From: Diplonema japonicum
Taxonomy: Eukaryota; Protista; Euglenozoa: Diplonemea
NCBI GenBank assembly: GCA_964019335.1
Contig: OZ025744.1
Location: forward strand, 124,001-188,000
Length of the DNA stretch: 64,000 nt
Direction: 5' to 3'
Shown here: one piece after another, positions 43,241 through 53,650 of the stretch
Layout: the number at the start of each line of letters is the position of its first letter
Position numbering within the stretch: the stretch's first letter is position 1
The notes under the pieces: model-generated
The model's input: the letters and a program-made list of their open reading frames with translations, nothing else
Database searches by the model: none
What the model was told of the DNA's origin: nothing
Position numbers and translations under genes: made by a program

Positions 43241-44128
43241 AGAGAGAAAAAAAAGATTTCAAAAAGCTGCGAAAGTTTTCTGCTATATTGATATTGCTAA
43301 AATTATTTTTTTGAAAGACATTTTTTTTTTTTTTTTTTTCCACTGTAACAAAAGTAACCGACTGTTGTTTGTGCGTGCCGGGTAGACTTGCTTGCACATA
43401 AATATGGCTTGGAGAAGCTTCATAACCCGAAAGGTTCTCTTTTTCTCTTTTTTTTTTTTATTTTTTTTTGTTCAGACAATTCAAAGACGCGTTCATATGG
43501 GTCATTTGGAGCTTTCTGTTTATTTTTTTATTTTTACTTTTCTTCATTCTCCACTTAGTAGTTCTTTTTTTTTTTTTTTTTTTCCATTTACCAATCTTAT
43601 TTTTTTATTTTATATTTTTTCTATTTGTGGGGGGGGGGGGCAAGAATCCCGCTTTGAAAAAAATGTACTTCTAATGTGTGCATATTGAATCTCCGTGGCC
43701 CCAGGACCCCCCCCCCCCCCCCCCGAAGAAATGGATTATGTCTCACATTTTCAGGGCCCTAAGTGGCGCAGCACAACTTCTCGATGAACGGTGTCTTCGA
43801 TATCCCTTCCCTCCACCTTACTTAGGATTGTAAAAAAAAAAAAAAAAAAAAAAAAGAGAGAGAGAAAAAGCCCCTCCATTTCCTTTGTTTCTTCTTCCTA
43901 GCCCAATTTCTAGCCAGAATCAAAAAAAAAAAATTTTTTTTTGTGTGTTTCCCCCATTACGGCAGCTAGGGAAATATAATGTGGAGGGGAAAAAAAGGGT
44001 TTTTTTTTTTTTTTTTTGAAAGTAGAAGATCCTCCCCCCTGACACTGGTAAATAAAAAAAAAAAATGTTGATACAAATGAAGAATGTCCCCCCCATCCCC
44101 TTTTTTTAAAAAAAAAAATTTTTTTTTT

Positions 44129-46777
44129 TCACGACACCGAACCGTTTCGCAAATCGTTCAGAGTGGTCCCCGACGGCAGGGCGATGCTGCTGCTCCTGTT
44201 CAACAAGCTAAACGTGGAGTTCTGCCTGTGCCGCAGTGCCTCCTCCGTCTCGCTGTAAACCACCGGGTAGTCATGATGCTGGGCCGTCAGCGTCGTGGTC
44301 TGTGGCACCTCATGAATCGACAAATCCGTCCGGGTAACAATCCCCACAACCTCATGCCGGGAATTAATAACTACAAGATGCCGCAGCCCCAACGACCTGA
44401 ATAACACATAAGCGTGCCTCAAAGGGCTTGTCTCCAATATAATCAATGGGGAAATCGTCATGTAATTACGAAGATCCAAAGGGATTCTAGCGTCGAGCGA
44501 CACATCCCCGAACCCGGTAAAAACCGATTTCATGGCGAACTCCAACTGCCGTCTCGTGACTAACCCGCAAAACAGCATTGGGATCGATCCCTCTCCCGCC
44601 ACAACAGGAAATGCGTTGTATGGGAGTTTCAAAGCGTAATTGATGGCCCCGACTTTTGTGATTTTCGGGAGGACCTCTGGGTATTGAGTCATTATATCGT
44701 GAACCGTTTGAAGTTCAATGTGAGCTGGTAGTTCAGAAGGGATTAGAATAACCCCCATCGACCTTAGAACCATTTCGTAGATGCTTGCTGAAAAGAAGTC
44801 ACCGATTGTCTTGGAGATCACCAGCGCGAGCATAATGGGCAGCATTGTGTTGATATCGTTCGTAGTTTCAACCAGAATCGCTGCGAGCGAGATCGTCATT
44901 CTTGTGATGCCGCCCAACGTCGACGCCGCTCCGACCAAAGCGTACACTCCAGGATCCGTTTCCGGAAATTCCTTCACCAACACTTCACCGCAAAACCGCC
45001 CCCACACCGAACCTATAATCATAGACGGAACGAACAACCCAGACGGTACCACAATTCCAAATGTAATCGACGCCAGTAATAAGTACAACACGAGAAACAC
45101 AAACAAAATTTCCGGATCGAAATATCCTGGTGTTTCTCTGCTGTAAAGCTGCGATAAAAGCCGTTCTTGCGGGTTCCACGCCAGCGTCGCCATGGGCGAG
45201 AATTCTCCGTCTGTACAGGTGTAGTTTACGTATTCGATGCCTTGTTTTTTGTACTGCATGTTTTGCGCTTGGCAGCGGTACAAAGCAGGAGCCCAGTAGA
45301 AAATGGTCTGGATGGAAAGGATGATCACAAAAGCTTCTGCGATTCGTCGTTTTTCATGGCCCTTCACGTATTTGTTGCGGAGTTTTAGAGTGAGCTTGTT
45401 GATGAAGTTGTAGATGACCGCGATGAACCCACCTCCAATGGACACGATGATGAACGGGAGAACCTCCCATGTTTTGTACGTGTGTCGGTTTGTCTTTGTT
45501 CCGAACAGTACCCAACCTTCATCATCGATTTCCGCTGCGGAGAGCAACGCCGACACGACATATCCACTCAAACACGCGGCAGCGAAAGCTTGAAATGTTA
45601 AGGATGGCGACCAATACGATGAAACCTCCTCCAACGTGAATAGGATCCCTCCGATTGGTGCACCGAACGCAGCGGCAACCCCGCACGCCGAGCCCAACGA
45701 TATGAAGTCCCTGCGTTGTTCCGGTGTGTCAAGGCTAGCGTACAATCTGATCTTTTCACCTTTATCCACACCGCATAATAATTTTGAATACCCTCGTGAA
45801 AGACCGGCTCCGATTACAGCACCAACTTGAACCATTGGCCCGGCACGGCCTGCGGGGAACCCGATTCCAAGGCACGCGGTGATGCCGATAACCTTCGCAA
45901 CGAACGTTTTCATCGTAAACACCCCCGGCATGTACACCCCGTTTAAAAAACCCTTCACCTGCGGGATACCGGAACCTGCGGATCTGGGAGCCCAGTATGT
46001 CAATGAAGTTGCGACCATTGTCAGCCCCGTCCAGATGCTCAAAGACACAAGGTAACCTATAAAAAGACCGTCATTGTCTATGTGGTTTTGGACAGCGTCG
46101 AACTTTGCTTCATGGATGTATTTCACGCCCATGGTCATGCCGTAGGATGTGCAGGCTACTAGTAAAGCCGTGGCGGCAGACAGTAACCATCGAAGAAGTG
46201 TCTGTCTTTCCGAAGCTGTGTTCGGTGCGCACCAGACTTTTGTTAGGTTTTCGTGCTGTCGTTGCTTCGTCCTCAGGTTCTCCAAGCTTTCTGTTACGTC
46301 GTAGTCGATACCGTCGTAAGGTGATTTTTTCCGTTTTCTGGATCGTGGTGACACGTCTCTTGTCTCCGTGCGGTTGACCATTCCTGATTTGGGGGAAAGT
46401 TTGTTTGCAGCATCGCTCTCTTCATTGCCGTTGCTTCTGTTTGAAAACGAGTGTCGCTTTCTGCTGGGTTTTCGTGTTGGTTTTCCGAATATTTCAAGCA
46501 TATCAACTCGGATTTCCGGGACGGGGCTTCCTTCGGATTCGACTTGGTCGACGCCAGTAAACGCGAGCGGGTCGAGTGACGGGGGAACATCATCAGTGGC
46601 GATGTCCTCATACTGAGGGGAGCTGAACGTGAAGTCGCCTTCCTGCTCGTCTTTTTCTTCGATGGGCGACGCTTCGGACCCAACCGCCCCTTCCTCGTCT
46701 TCGTCCGTCATGGTGACGAGGTCTGTGCTCATCGCCAGAGGCGAACCTTGTCCCGCGTCGTCTAAGACGCCGCTCAT
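44129..46777 (-). CDS. CLC chloride channel/transporter (ClC-6/7-like) with two CBS domains
   Basis: GSGIP, GRAGP (canonical G(K/R)EGP), GVAAAFGAPIGGILFTLEE, GLFVP, RMTISL, SIYE, and C-terminal FPVV / GLRHLVV..VGIVTRTDL. First in-frame ATG is 46777. Confidence 0.95.
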   Translation of the reverse strand: MSGVLDDAGQGSPLAMSTDLVTMTDEDEEGAVGSEASPIEEKDEQEGDFTFSSPQYEDIATDDVPPSLDPLAFTGVDQVESEGSPVPEIRVDMLEIFGKPTRKPSRKRHSFSNRSNGNEESDAANKLSPKSGMVNRTETRDVSPRSRKRKKSPYDGIDYDVTESLENLRTKQRQHENLTKVWCAPNTASERQTLLRWLLSAATALLVACTSYGMTMGVKYIHEAKFDAVQNHIDNDGLFIGYLVSLSIWTGLTMVATSLTYWAPRSAGSGIPQVKGFLNGVYMPGVFTMKTFVAKVIGITACLGIGFPAGRAGPMVQVGAVIGAGLSRGYSKLLCGVDKGEKIRLYASLDTPEQRRDFISLGSACGVAAAFGAPIGGILFTLEEVSSYWSPSLTFQAFAAACLSGYVVSALLSAAEIDDEGWVLFGTKTNRHTYKTWEVLPFIIVSIGGGFIAVIYNFINKLTLKLRNKYVKGHEKRRIAEAFVIILSIQTIFYWAPALYRCQAQNMQYKKQGIEYVNYTCTDGEFSPMATLAWNPQERLLSQLYSRETPGYFDPEILFVFLVLYLLLASITFGIVVPSGLFVPSMIIGSVWGRFCGEVLVKEFPETDPGVYALVGAASTLGGITRMTISLAAILVETTNDINTMLPIMLALVISKTIGDFFSASIYEMVLRSMGVILIPSELPAHIELQTVHDIMTQYPEVLPKITKVGAINYALKLPYNAFPVVAGEGSIPMLFCGLVTRRQLEFAMKSVFTGFGDVSLDARIPLDLRNYMTISPLIILETSPLRHAYVLFRSLGLRHLVVINSRHEVVGIVTRTDLSIHEVPQTTTLTAQHHDYPVVYSETEEALRHRQNSTFSLLNRSSSIALPSGTTLNDLRNGSVS

Positions 46778-46876
46778 CACACGTCCATGTTTAGAGGGAA
46801 TTTTTTTTGTGTTCTCTTTTTTTTTTTTTTTTTTTTTTTAAATCTTTGGGGAACAAAAAAAAAAAAATAATAATAA

Positions 46877-47690
46877 TCAGTAAGAATACACCGAGCCCAG
46901 TAGCATCACAACCAACAACACGGCCGCGACCACGGCACCCAACACCCTGAACTTTCTCTTGCCTAGATCGGGGAGGTTTTTGCGTAGCACATAAAGCACA
47001 AACAGGCACACAGGGACCACCAAGGGGATCGCGTCGGAGACCTCGGTGACTGCATACTGTCATTTAAACAATATTTTAAAAAAACAAAAAAAAAAGGGGG
47101 GAGAGGGGAGGAAGGGATACCTGCAACCACGTCCTCTGCGTCCTGAACTCAGTTAAATACCCAGTAAAAGCACCCCCCACAGATTGTGGAGGGGTGGGGG
47201 TGAAAACCGTGCCTGTGATATCGTCATCAGGGCACATAAACTGAATGAAGGCACCTTGCCCTTCAGGAAGGCACACCGAGGTCTTTGCATCGAGCTCACC
47301 CCGCTCGAACAGAGAAACCAGACCCGCTCCTCGGGATTCACATTCGCTTCGTGTCGCACCATCGGCGCCTAGCCATAGACCTGCCTTGCAGACAACGGCC
47401 ATGTACTTCAATGGAGCCAGTGCAGAGGAGGACACAAACGGGTGTGCATTAACTACCTTGGTTTCGTGGCACACTCCATCAGGCACTACTTTTATCTTGG
47501 CGACAAGGCTGCCCGCGCCGCATTTCCCGCACTGCGGATTTTTTTTGACACACGGACAGTGTACGCAGGTGCAATTCTGACACCCTGTGGGACTCCCGTA
47601 TACCTCTACCGTGGCCGGGTGGGGCTTGCCGTTGCTTTCCGGCAACATCATTGCAAGCAACAACATCGGGAGCAACAACATTGTGAGCAT
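46877..47690 (-). CDS. Hypothetical 249-aa Cys-rich protein with signal peptide and two C-terminal TM helices; intron 47057-47120
   Basis: Signal MLTMLLLPMLLLAMML. Splicing CAG|GTATCC..ACAG adds YAVTEVSDAIPLVVPVCLFVLYVL..VLGAVVAAVLLVVMLLGSVYSY* in frame. Confidence 0.7.
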
Positions 47691-47762
47691 TTTTTTTTTT
47701 TTTTTCCCCTTCCCCTCTCCACCCGCTCTTTTTTTTTTTTTTTTTTTTTTTTGTTCTCCCCG

Positions 47763-47803
<41 letters not shown>

Positions 47804-47889
47804 AAAATCTTATTCATTCCCTCGTTTCTCTTTGTTGGAAAAAAAGAGAAATCGAAGGGGGGATGGGAGGATCGCCTATGTCACAATTT

Positions 47890-50800
47890 TCATTTCACTT
47901 GCTGTGAGCGTCTAATGGTCGCAAGTGTGCTGGCGACGCTTACTTGTATAGAGGCGTCAGTGGACCCTAGGAGTGTGACGAGGGGTGTGATGACACCGGA
48001 GGCAATGCATATCTGGTGGCAGTTTTCCCGAGCAGAAACGAGAGTCCGTAACATACTCACAATGTTCCTATCAGCCTCGGTGGTCGTCCCTAGCTTCTCG
48101 GCGAGAACTGGGATGGCGTTGGCCGCGATGACCTCCGACGGCATGACCTCGGAGGCGAGCCAGAGACAGTGCGTCACCGCACAAAGCAAACCCACCTCGA
48201 TCTTGGGAACCCTAACCAGCTCCATGAGAATCTCAAGCAAATTCTCTGTTTGCAGCAATGCCTGTGCAGCTTGGTAGTGAGTTATCCCTGCAATAAGCTC
48301 GCACAGAGCCGTCTGCGCCACCCTGCACCATGGGGAATCGACGAGTTTGTTCACACTATGGTTCGGGTCCAGCAGCAAAACGAGCACGGAAAACTTGTCG
48401 TGCAAAATGCTCAGAAAGCTCTCCGCCATTTCGTCGCACGCCAATCTCGATTCCACGGAGTACAGGTCCGCAGGGCAGACCAGGACCCGGAGGCAGTTTG
48501 CAGCCTCCGTCCGCACTGCCGATTCATGGCCTTGAAGCAGCGACCATAACGCCAGCAAATTTCCTTTCAACAACAGTTTTCTCCGCACATCGGTATTCTG
48601 CAAAGCCATGTGTGTCAAGACTCTGCACAGCAGTCCACAGACAGGTGTGTAGCAGCCCTTTCTCAGCTCAACCAGAAATGTGTCGAGCCGTGTGTCCAGA
48701 ATGTGCGGGACTCTTGCAGTGTGCGAAAAAAACTCCGCCGCCATCACTTTCACACGGGACACCAGCAGACCCAGTTTCGGGGAATATCCGTCCATTCCTT
48801 TCTCAGCCGGTCTTTCCGCGGAGAGAATACCGCACATGAGGTCGATGTACTCCTCATTGTGAAGGAACTCCTTGTATTCGGTGGACCACGACGCGAGCCC
48901 CGACACGATGCCGGTCAGCGTCACGAACAGAATGAGAGTCAGCTGCCACTCGCAAAACGTATCGGAGTCCTCTGTTTCAAGCATGCTTAGACTGAGAGGT
49001 GTGAAGGAACAAAGCACGCCGCCTACCCATTTATTCGAGATGCCCAGGAAAAATCTTGCGATCGCCTTCTGTGTTTGCACGAACGACACCAACGTCTCCA
49101 TGGCAAGGTGCTTGGCGTTGCCCGTGTAGCGCAGCACTATCTCCATGGAAGAGAGCAGTATTAGGTACGCTCTGGTTTGGGGTCCCATTTTCTCGTTTTG
49201 TTTCCCTCGCGTTGCTGCGTGTTTGAATGTGGGCGTTACTGCAACCTGCCGAACGGTCGACCGGAGTTTATCAGCGGTGCTAAAGCGAGACGAACCAAGA
49301 GAACTGGCAAGTTCATTTAGGTGGTTGACCAGTAGAGGTACGACACCCTGTTCTGACGCATCTGCGATAAACTTCTCGTGCATTCTTAACGAGCACATCA
49401 CCCCGCCCAGAGCCTGCAGCTCCGCAACAGACCTCTGCACCGACAGAAGTTTGACAACGGTGCTCGCCATCTGCGGGTTGAGCTTCCTCGATTTGAACTG
49501 TTTCTTCAGGAACAAAGACCTCACGAGGTGAAGCAATCCCGTCGTCAACGTTTCAGGCTGCGGCTTCGCCAGCAGTTCAATCGCGCAGGACCCCACATCA
49601 AGCTTCCACAGGTACAATCTCGATCTGCCCGCTGAAAGCCCCATCGAAGCCAAGGTGAAGGACAACAACGCTTGCAGTTTCTGATGCGAGTCCAGCAAGT
49701 CGGTTTCAGGGGACTGTATCCTAGGGCTCACCACGGCTTCTCGCGCCATTTTTGACATGTTGCCTCGGGCAGCACTGCCTTTAGATCGGTCTGTTTGTAC
49801 ACATGTCGATATCAAAGCGTCACGCAGCTGTGTGGAGACACTGGTGAACATCAATTTCACAACTCGGGGATTCTGACAGACCGACAGAAGGATCGTTGCG
49901 GCACAGATTCTCAGTCTGTAGTCGGCTCGGCGTGCGGTGATGTTTGCGAGGAGGTAGAACGCATTTGCTTTGTAGAGCGCCGCCTGGTTGGCAGGGATGG
50001 CAAGGTCGCACTCAAGAATAGAACGCAGCGCAAACAGCATCCTGGCAGGCCGGGTCTCCGGGTGGAGAAACGACAACCACTGCGGCGCGATGGAACCGCC
50101 TATCTTTGTCGACATCGGCCGTGGAGGCGCTATGAACTGAAACGCGTCGTCCTTGTTCTGAACAGCTTGCTTCGACACCATGAACATCGAATGCTTTCCG
50201 GTGTGTTCAGTACTGTCTGCGGGATCGCCGAGGGTCAGCAAGTCAGACGACATATGATGTGCCAGCCTGTTGTTGTCCCTGCATAAGTTCCAATCTCTAC
50301 AGCTTAGTACCGACCGTCGCAGCAGCGTGTTCACAGTTTCCCGCGAGTCCGAACCTTCACTGGAGCTGGTGTCTCCCGGTTCTCTTGCAAAGCGAAAAGC
50401 CATTGATTTCCGAAACTTCGGTTTTTGAAGTATGCGGTCAGCGGGCCTTGCAATCAACGGTGTGAGAACCCTTTCTTCCGTGCTTCCTGGATTGGTGTTG
50501 TCTATATTGGTAGAGCGTGTCAACGCATTTGTTCGTTTGGGTCCGTGAAGTAGTATCGATAAGCCTTCTTCGCTGTCACTGTCGTCGCTGGACTCCATGT
50601 CGCTGCTACATGGGAGAGGGGTGGCCCGGTGCTTGCGCAGTGCTTGTACCATTTCCTTCCGTTTTCTCTCGCGTTCCCCGAAGCCCCCTGCTCTCGGCCC
50701 GCCCGTTTTCTTTCCACGGTCCTCCCGTTTCGGCGACACGACACAAACCTTGGCCTCGTCATCGAAAGCAGAGTTTGCCCCGTTGAACACGTTAGAAACA

Positions 50801-53256
50801 TCCTTCGTCTTCAAGATCGGTGAACTCACGAACGTGTGGGTCTTCGATGATTTTCGTCTGTCGTCACTGACAGTCGGAATGTCGTTCGACGGGTTACAAA
50901 CAATGTCATCGTCGCACACTGCACAGAAATCTTCTGAAAAATCCCGAAGGAGAAGGTACAGAGTTGGGTAGAAGATGCTGCTCTTGCTTTGCGTCTCGTG
51001 CAGACCTTCCTGACCCAACACGGCAACAGACGGCGGTGTCTGTGATATCACATGCGCCATGTTGTTCGTGGACGTAGTAAGGTACCAACCGTGACACGAC
51101 GCTGAGACGTTAAGTGAAACCCTGCCTACAAGGTCAATCCGCGCGTGGAGAAGCTCACCACCAGAGGCCCTCCAAGGGGTTACGTAAGGATCCTTGTTGA
51201 CACCCTGAACAACCCCGTTGCCAACTAGCGACTCGATGGAGGCGAGCTCATCCTCGCAACAGCTTTGTGTGATGAATGAGGTGGCCCGTCGTGTTCTTGA
51301 CGCGACTCTGCTCAGGAGCTCAATGTCGAACTTCTGCCAGACCATCGCGAATATGACCCGCTGCACTTTGGCCATCTTGTCAACGCAGAGTTTCATGCTT
51401 TTGGTGAAGCGATGGTGGTGGTTGTGGTACGACTTCGATCCGCTGCGCTGCCGAAGGTACGCTGCTGGAGTGTCGCCGAGCATCTGCAGCTTTGCGGAAC
51501 GGGGTTTCGAGAACCTCTTGAAGTCCTCGTCGTCCTCGTCCGATGCACACTCGATCTCCCAATCCAGCAGCTCCTGCCGTTTTTTCCGTTCCGTCTTCGG
51601 GACCCTCTCTGGTTCCTCCCTTTCGTCCAGCCCCGTTATGAACTTACTGAACTTCTGGTATGCATCGTGCAAAGACTGTTTTGTGTTAAAAACATCGGCC
51701 ACCCTGCTCCCGTTCCTGGAGTGCTGCACGGAAGAATGCTTCTCCTTCCATTTCTTGAGATCTTCCGCACGTTCTTCTTTATTAACGTCTTCCGTCTCCT
51801 CCCGCTGTACTTGGGAGTAAAGCGCGGCAGTGATCTCGCACGGTGCGAGGAGCCGGAGGTCGCCGGTCACATCGAGAAGGGCAGGGGGGGGGCGAAGCTT
51901 TTTCTGAACAACCTTCACAACAGGTTGCTTCTGAATCATTGACGGACAGCGATCCTTCCGGATAAACGGAGAACACGGTGTCCGAGGTTGGAACCTCGGA
52001 GAGACTGGGTTGGAGTGCCCTTCAGAAGCGGTGTCGAGGAAGAGTGTGTTGCACTGAATTATGTTCTTCCTCGCGTCCTCGGACAAGGTCGGTTTCACAA
52101 ACATGGTCCGAGCGGTGTCTTTGTTTTTCTGCTCAGAAGCAAGCGAGTCAGCATCGAAAAGAGCCTCACTAAGCAGTGTTAAAGGCGTACCGGCGATCGC
52201 TTGGACGGGATCGTCCTTGTTAATATGCTGCAAGGACATCCTCGCGGTCGACGCGCGTTTTCTCAAAACGGACGTCACAGCACTTTTACGAGACGGGCTT
52301 TTCGTTAACGGTTCCGACGATATCAACGTCTGCCAAGCACGGGACACAGCACCTTCAGGCGTCTCCTCAGCACTCCCGGTATGGTTTGCAAACGCTTCGA
52401 TTATAATACGCAACTCCTTCAACAGGACATTGTGAAGCTGTTGTGAGCACACAGCGGGTGATTGTAGATAATCCCGATCTAAGAATAAATACGCCCGGCA
52501 CAGCCCAGCTCGAACTGCGTCAAGCCCCGCCGACGAATCTATACTTCGTGAGGATGTTGAACCGGACATCAGTGTGGGGAAGCCGAGGGTCAAAACGATC
52601 GAGATATGATTGACAACGTGTCGTACAGACCAAACGGACGACGAGAATGTGTTGTCATCCACCTCTGAAAGCGTGTAGGCGGGTTGCTCTTGCAGGTAGT
52701 TGTCGGTGTCGTCCGACAGTGTCACAACGTCCTCGCTTGTGAGAACGGTGGTGTCATCGTGAAGCCGGTACTGTCTCCAGAAAAGGTCTGGGACTTTGCT
52801 CCATATGTCGACGGATAGACCGCCGACCTCTGCGAGGCCCATTACGCTGGCTCGGTCTGTTCTCCGTTGCCTTCGATGCTGGTGGGTTTTGTTCAGATTC
52901 ATAGTGACGAAATGCGATTCGTCCTGGTTCAGCTCGTGGAGTCTTTGTTGTTGCACCAACAACGCGTTTACCCTGTCTTGTGACGATACGCCACCTGTTA
53001 GAAGGCTCATGTTGAGAATTGACACAAATTTGACGGGGCGGCTGAAGTGGGTGGTCAGAAGTATTGAAGCCTCTGTTTCCCCGGATGTGTTGTTTTGCTG
53101 AAATATCACGTCCTGGGTGCGGAACCACTCCAGGTACCTGTTGCAGGTCTCGATGTATAAAAGGTACAGGTTCTCATCGTTGTCCATGCATTTCGCCAGC
53201 TTCCAGGAATCTCCTTCTTTCTCCCAGCTGAATTGTGTGGTGAGAAACGAACCCAT
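47890..53256 (-). CDS. Large hypothetical protein (1788 aa) with C-terminal armadillo-type repeats
   Basis: 5.4-kb uninterrupted ORF. ARM-like segments GVVPLLVNHL, AVRTEAANCLRVL, SGVITPLVTLLGSTDASIQVSVASTLATI. Confidence 0.8.
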   Translation of the reverse strand: MGSFLTTQFSWEKEGDSWKLAKCMDNDENLYLLYIETCNRYLEWFRTQDVIFQQNNTSGETEASILLTTHFSRPVKFVSILNMSLLTGGVSSQDRVNALLVQQQRLHELNQDESHFVTMNLNKTHQHRRQRRTDRASVMGLAEVGGLSVDIWSKVPDLFWRQYRLHDDTTVLTSEDVVTLSDDTDNYLQEQPAYTLSEVDDNTFSSSVWSVRHVVNHISIVLTLGFPTLMSGSTSSRSIDSSAGLDAVRAGLCRAYLFLDRDYLQSPAVCSQQLHNVLLKELRIIIEAFANHTGSAEETPEGAVSRAWQTLISSEPLTKSPSRKSAVTSVLRKRASTARMSLQHINKDDPVQAIAGTPLTLLSEALFDADSLASEQKNKDTARTMFVKPTLSEDARKNIIQCNTLFLDTASEGHSNPVSPRFQPRTPCSPFIRKDRCPSMIQKQPVVKVVQKKLRPPPALLDVTGDLRLLAPCEITAALYSQVQREETEDVNKEERAEDLKKWKEKHSSVQHSRNGSRVADVFNTKQSLHDAYQKFSKFITGLDEREEPERVPKTERKKRQELLDWEIECASDEDDEDFKRFSKPRSAKLQMLGDTPAAYLRQRSGSKSYHNHHHRFTKSMKLCVDKMAKVQRVIFAMVWQKFDIELLSRVASRTRRATSFITQSCCEDELASIESLVGNGVVQGVNKDPYVTPWRASGGELLHARIDLVGRVSLNVSASCHGWYLTTSTNNMAHVISQTPPSVAVLGQEGLHETQSKSSIFYPTLYLLLRDFSEDFCAVCDDDIVCNPSNDIPTVSDDRRKSSKTHTFVSSPILKTKDVSNVFNGANSAFDDEAKVCVVSPKREDRGKKTGGPRAGGFGERERKRKEMVQALRKHRATPLPCSSDMESSDDSDSEEGLSILLHGPKRTNALTRSTNIDNTNPGSTEERVLTPLIARPADRILQKPKFRKSMAFRFAREPGDTSSSEGSDSRETVNTLLRRSVLSCRDWNLCRDNNRLAHHMSSDLLTLGDPADSTEHTGKHSMFMVSKQAVQNKDDAFQFIAPPRPMSTKIGGSIAPQWLSFLHPETRPARMLFALRSILECDLAIPANQAALYKANAFYLLANITARRADYRLRICAATILLSVCQNPRVVKLMFTSVSTQLRDALISTCVQTDRSKGSAARGNMSKMAREAVVSPRIQSPETDLLDSHQKLQALLSFTLASMGLSAGRSRLYLWKLDVGSCAIELLAKPQPETLTTGLLHLVRSLFLKKQFKSRKLNPQMASTVVKLLSVQRSVAELQALGGVMCSLRMHEKFIADASEQGVVPLLVNHLNELASSLGSSRFSTADKLRSTVRQVAVTPTFKHAATRGKQNEKMGPQTRAYLILLSSMEIVLRYTGNAKHLAMETLVSFVQTQKAIARFFLGISNKWVGGVLCSFTPLSLSMLETEDSDTFCEWQLTLILFVTLTGIVSGLASWSTEYKEFLHNEEYIDLMCGILSAERPAEKGMDGYSPKLGLLVSRVKVMAAEFFSHTARVPHILDTRLDTFLVELRKGCYTPVCGLLCRVLTHMALQNTDVRRKLLLKGNLLALWSLLQGHESAVRTEAANCLRVLVCPADLYSVESRLACDEMAESFLSILHDKFSVLVLLLDPNHSVNKLVDSPWCRVAQTALCELIAGITHYQAAQALLQTENLLEILMELVRVPKIEVGLLCAVTHCLWLASEVMPSEVIAANAIPVLAEKLGTTTEADRNIVSMLRTLVSARENCHQICIASGVITPLVTLLGSTDASIQVSVASTLATIRRSQQVK

Positions 53257-53650
53257 TAATCATCATTTTTTTTATTCTTTTTTTTTTTATCCCTGAAGAA
53301 TGTTCAAAGAAAAATCAAAAAAATGTATAAATAAGTTTTTTTTTTTTTTTTTTTTTTTTAAATTTCACTTAGTGATAGAAACGTGGGGGGACATACGGGA
53401 GAGTTTTTTTTTCTTTTTTTTTAACTGAAGACGGGAGAGGGGGAAGGGGGGGGGAATACAGGAAAAAAAAAAATATAAAAACGAAGTGAAAGAAAAAAAT
53501 GGAAAAAAAAGGGGGGGGTTAGGCTTTTTTTTTCTTTGGAATTTGAAAAAAAAAAAAATGACAAAAAAAAAAAAAAATGATGTGGGAAAAAAAAAAGGAA
53601 CACGAGAGGAATTAAATAAATGAATAAAAAAAAAAAAAAAAACGGAAAAT

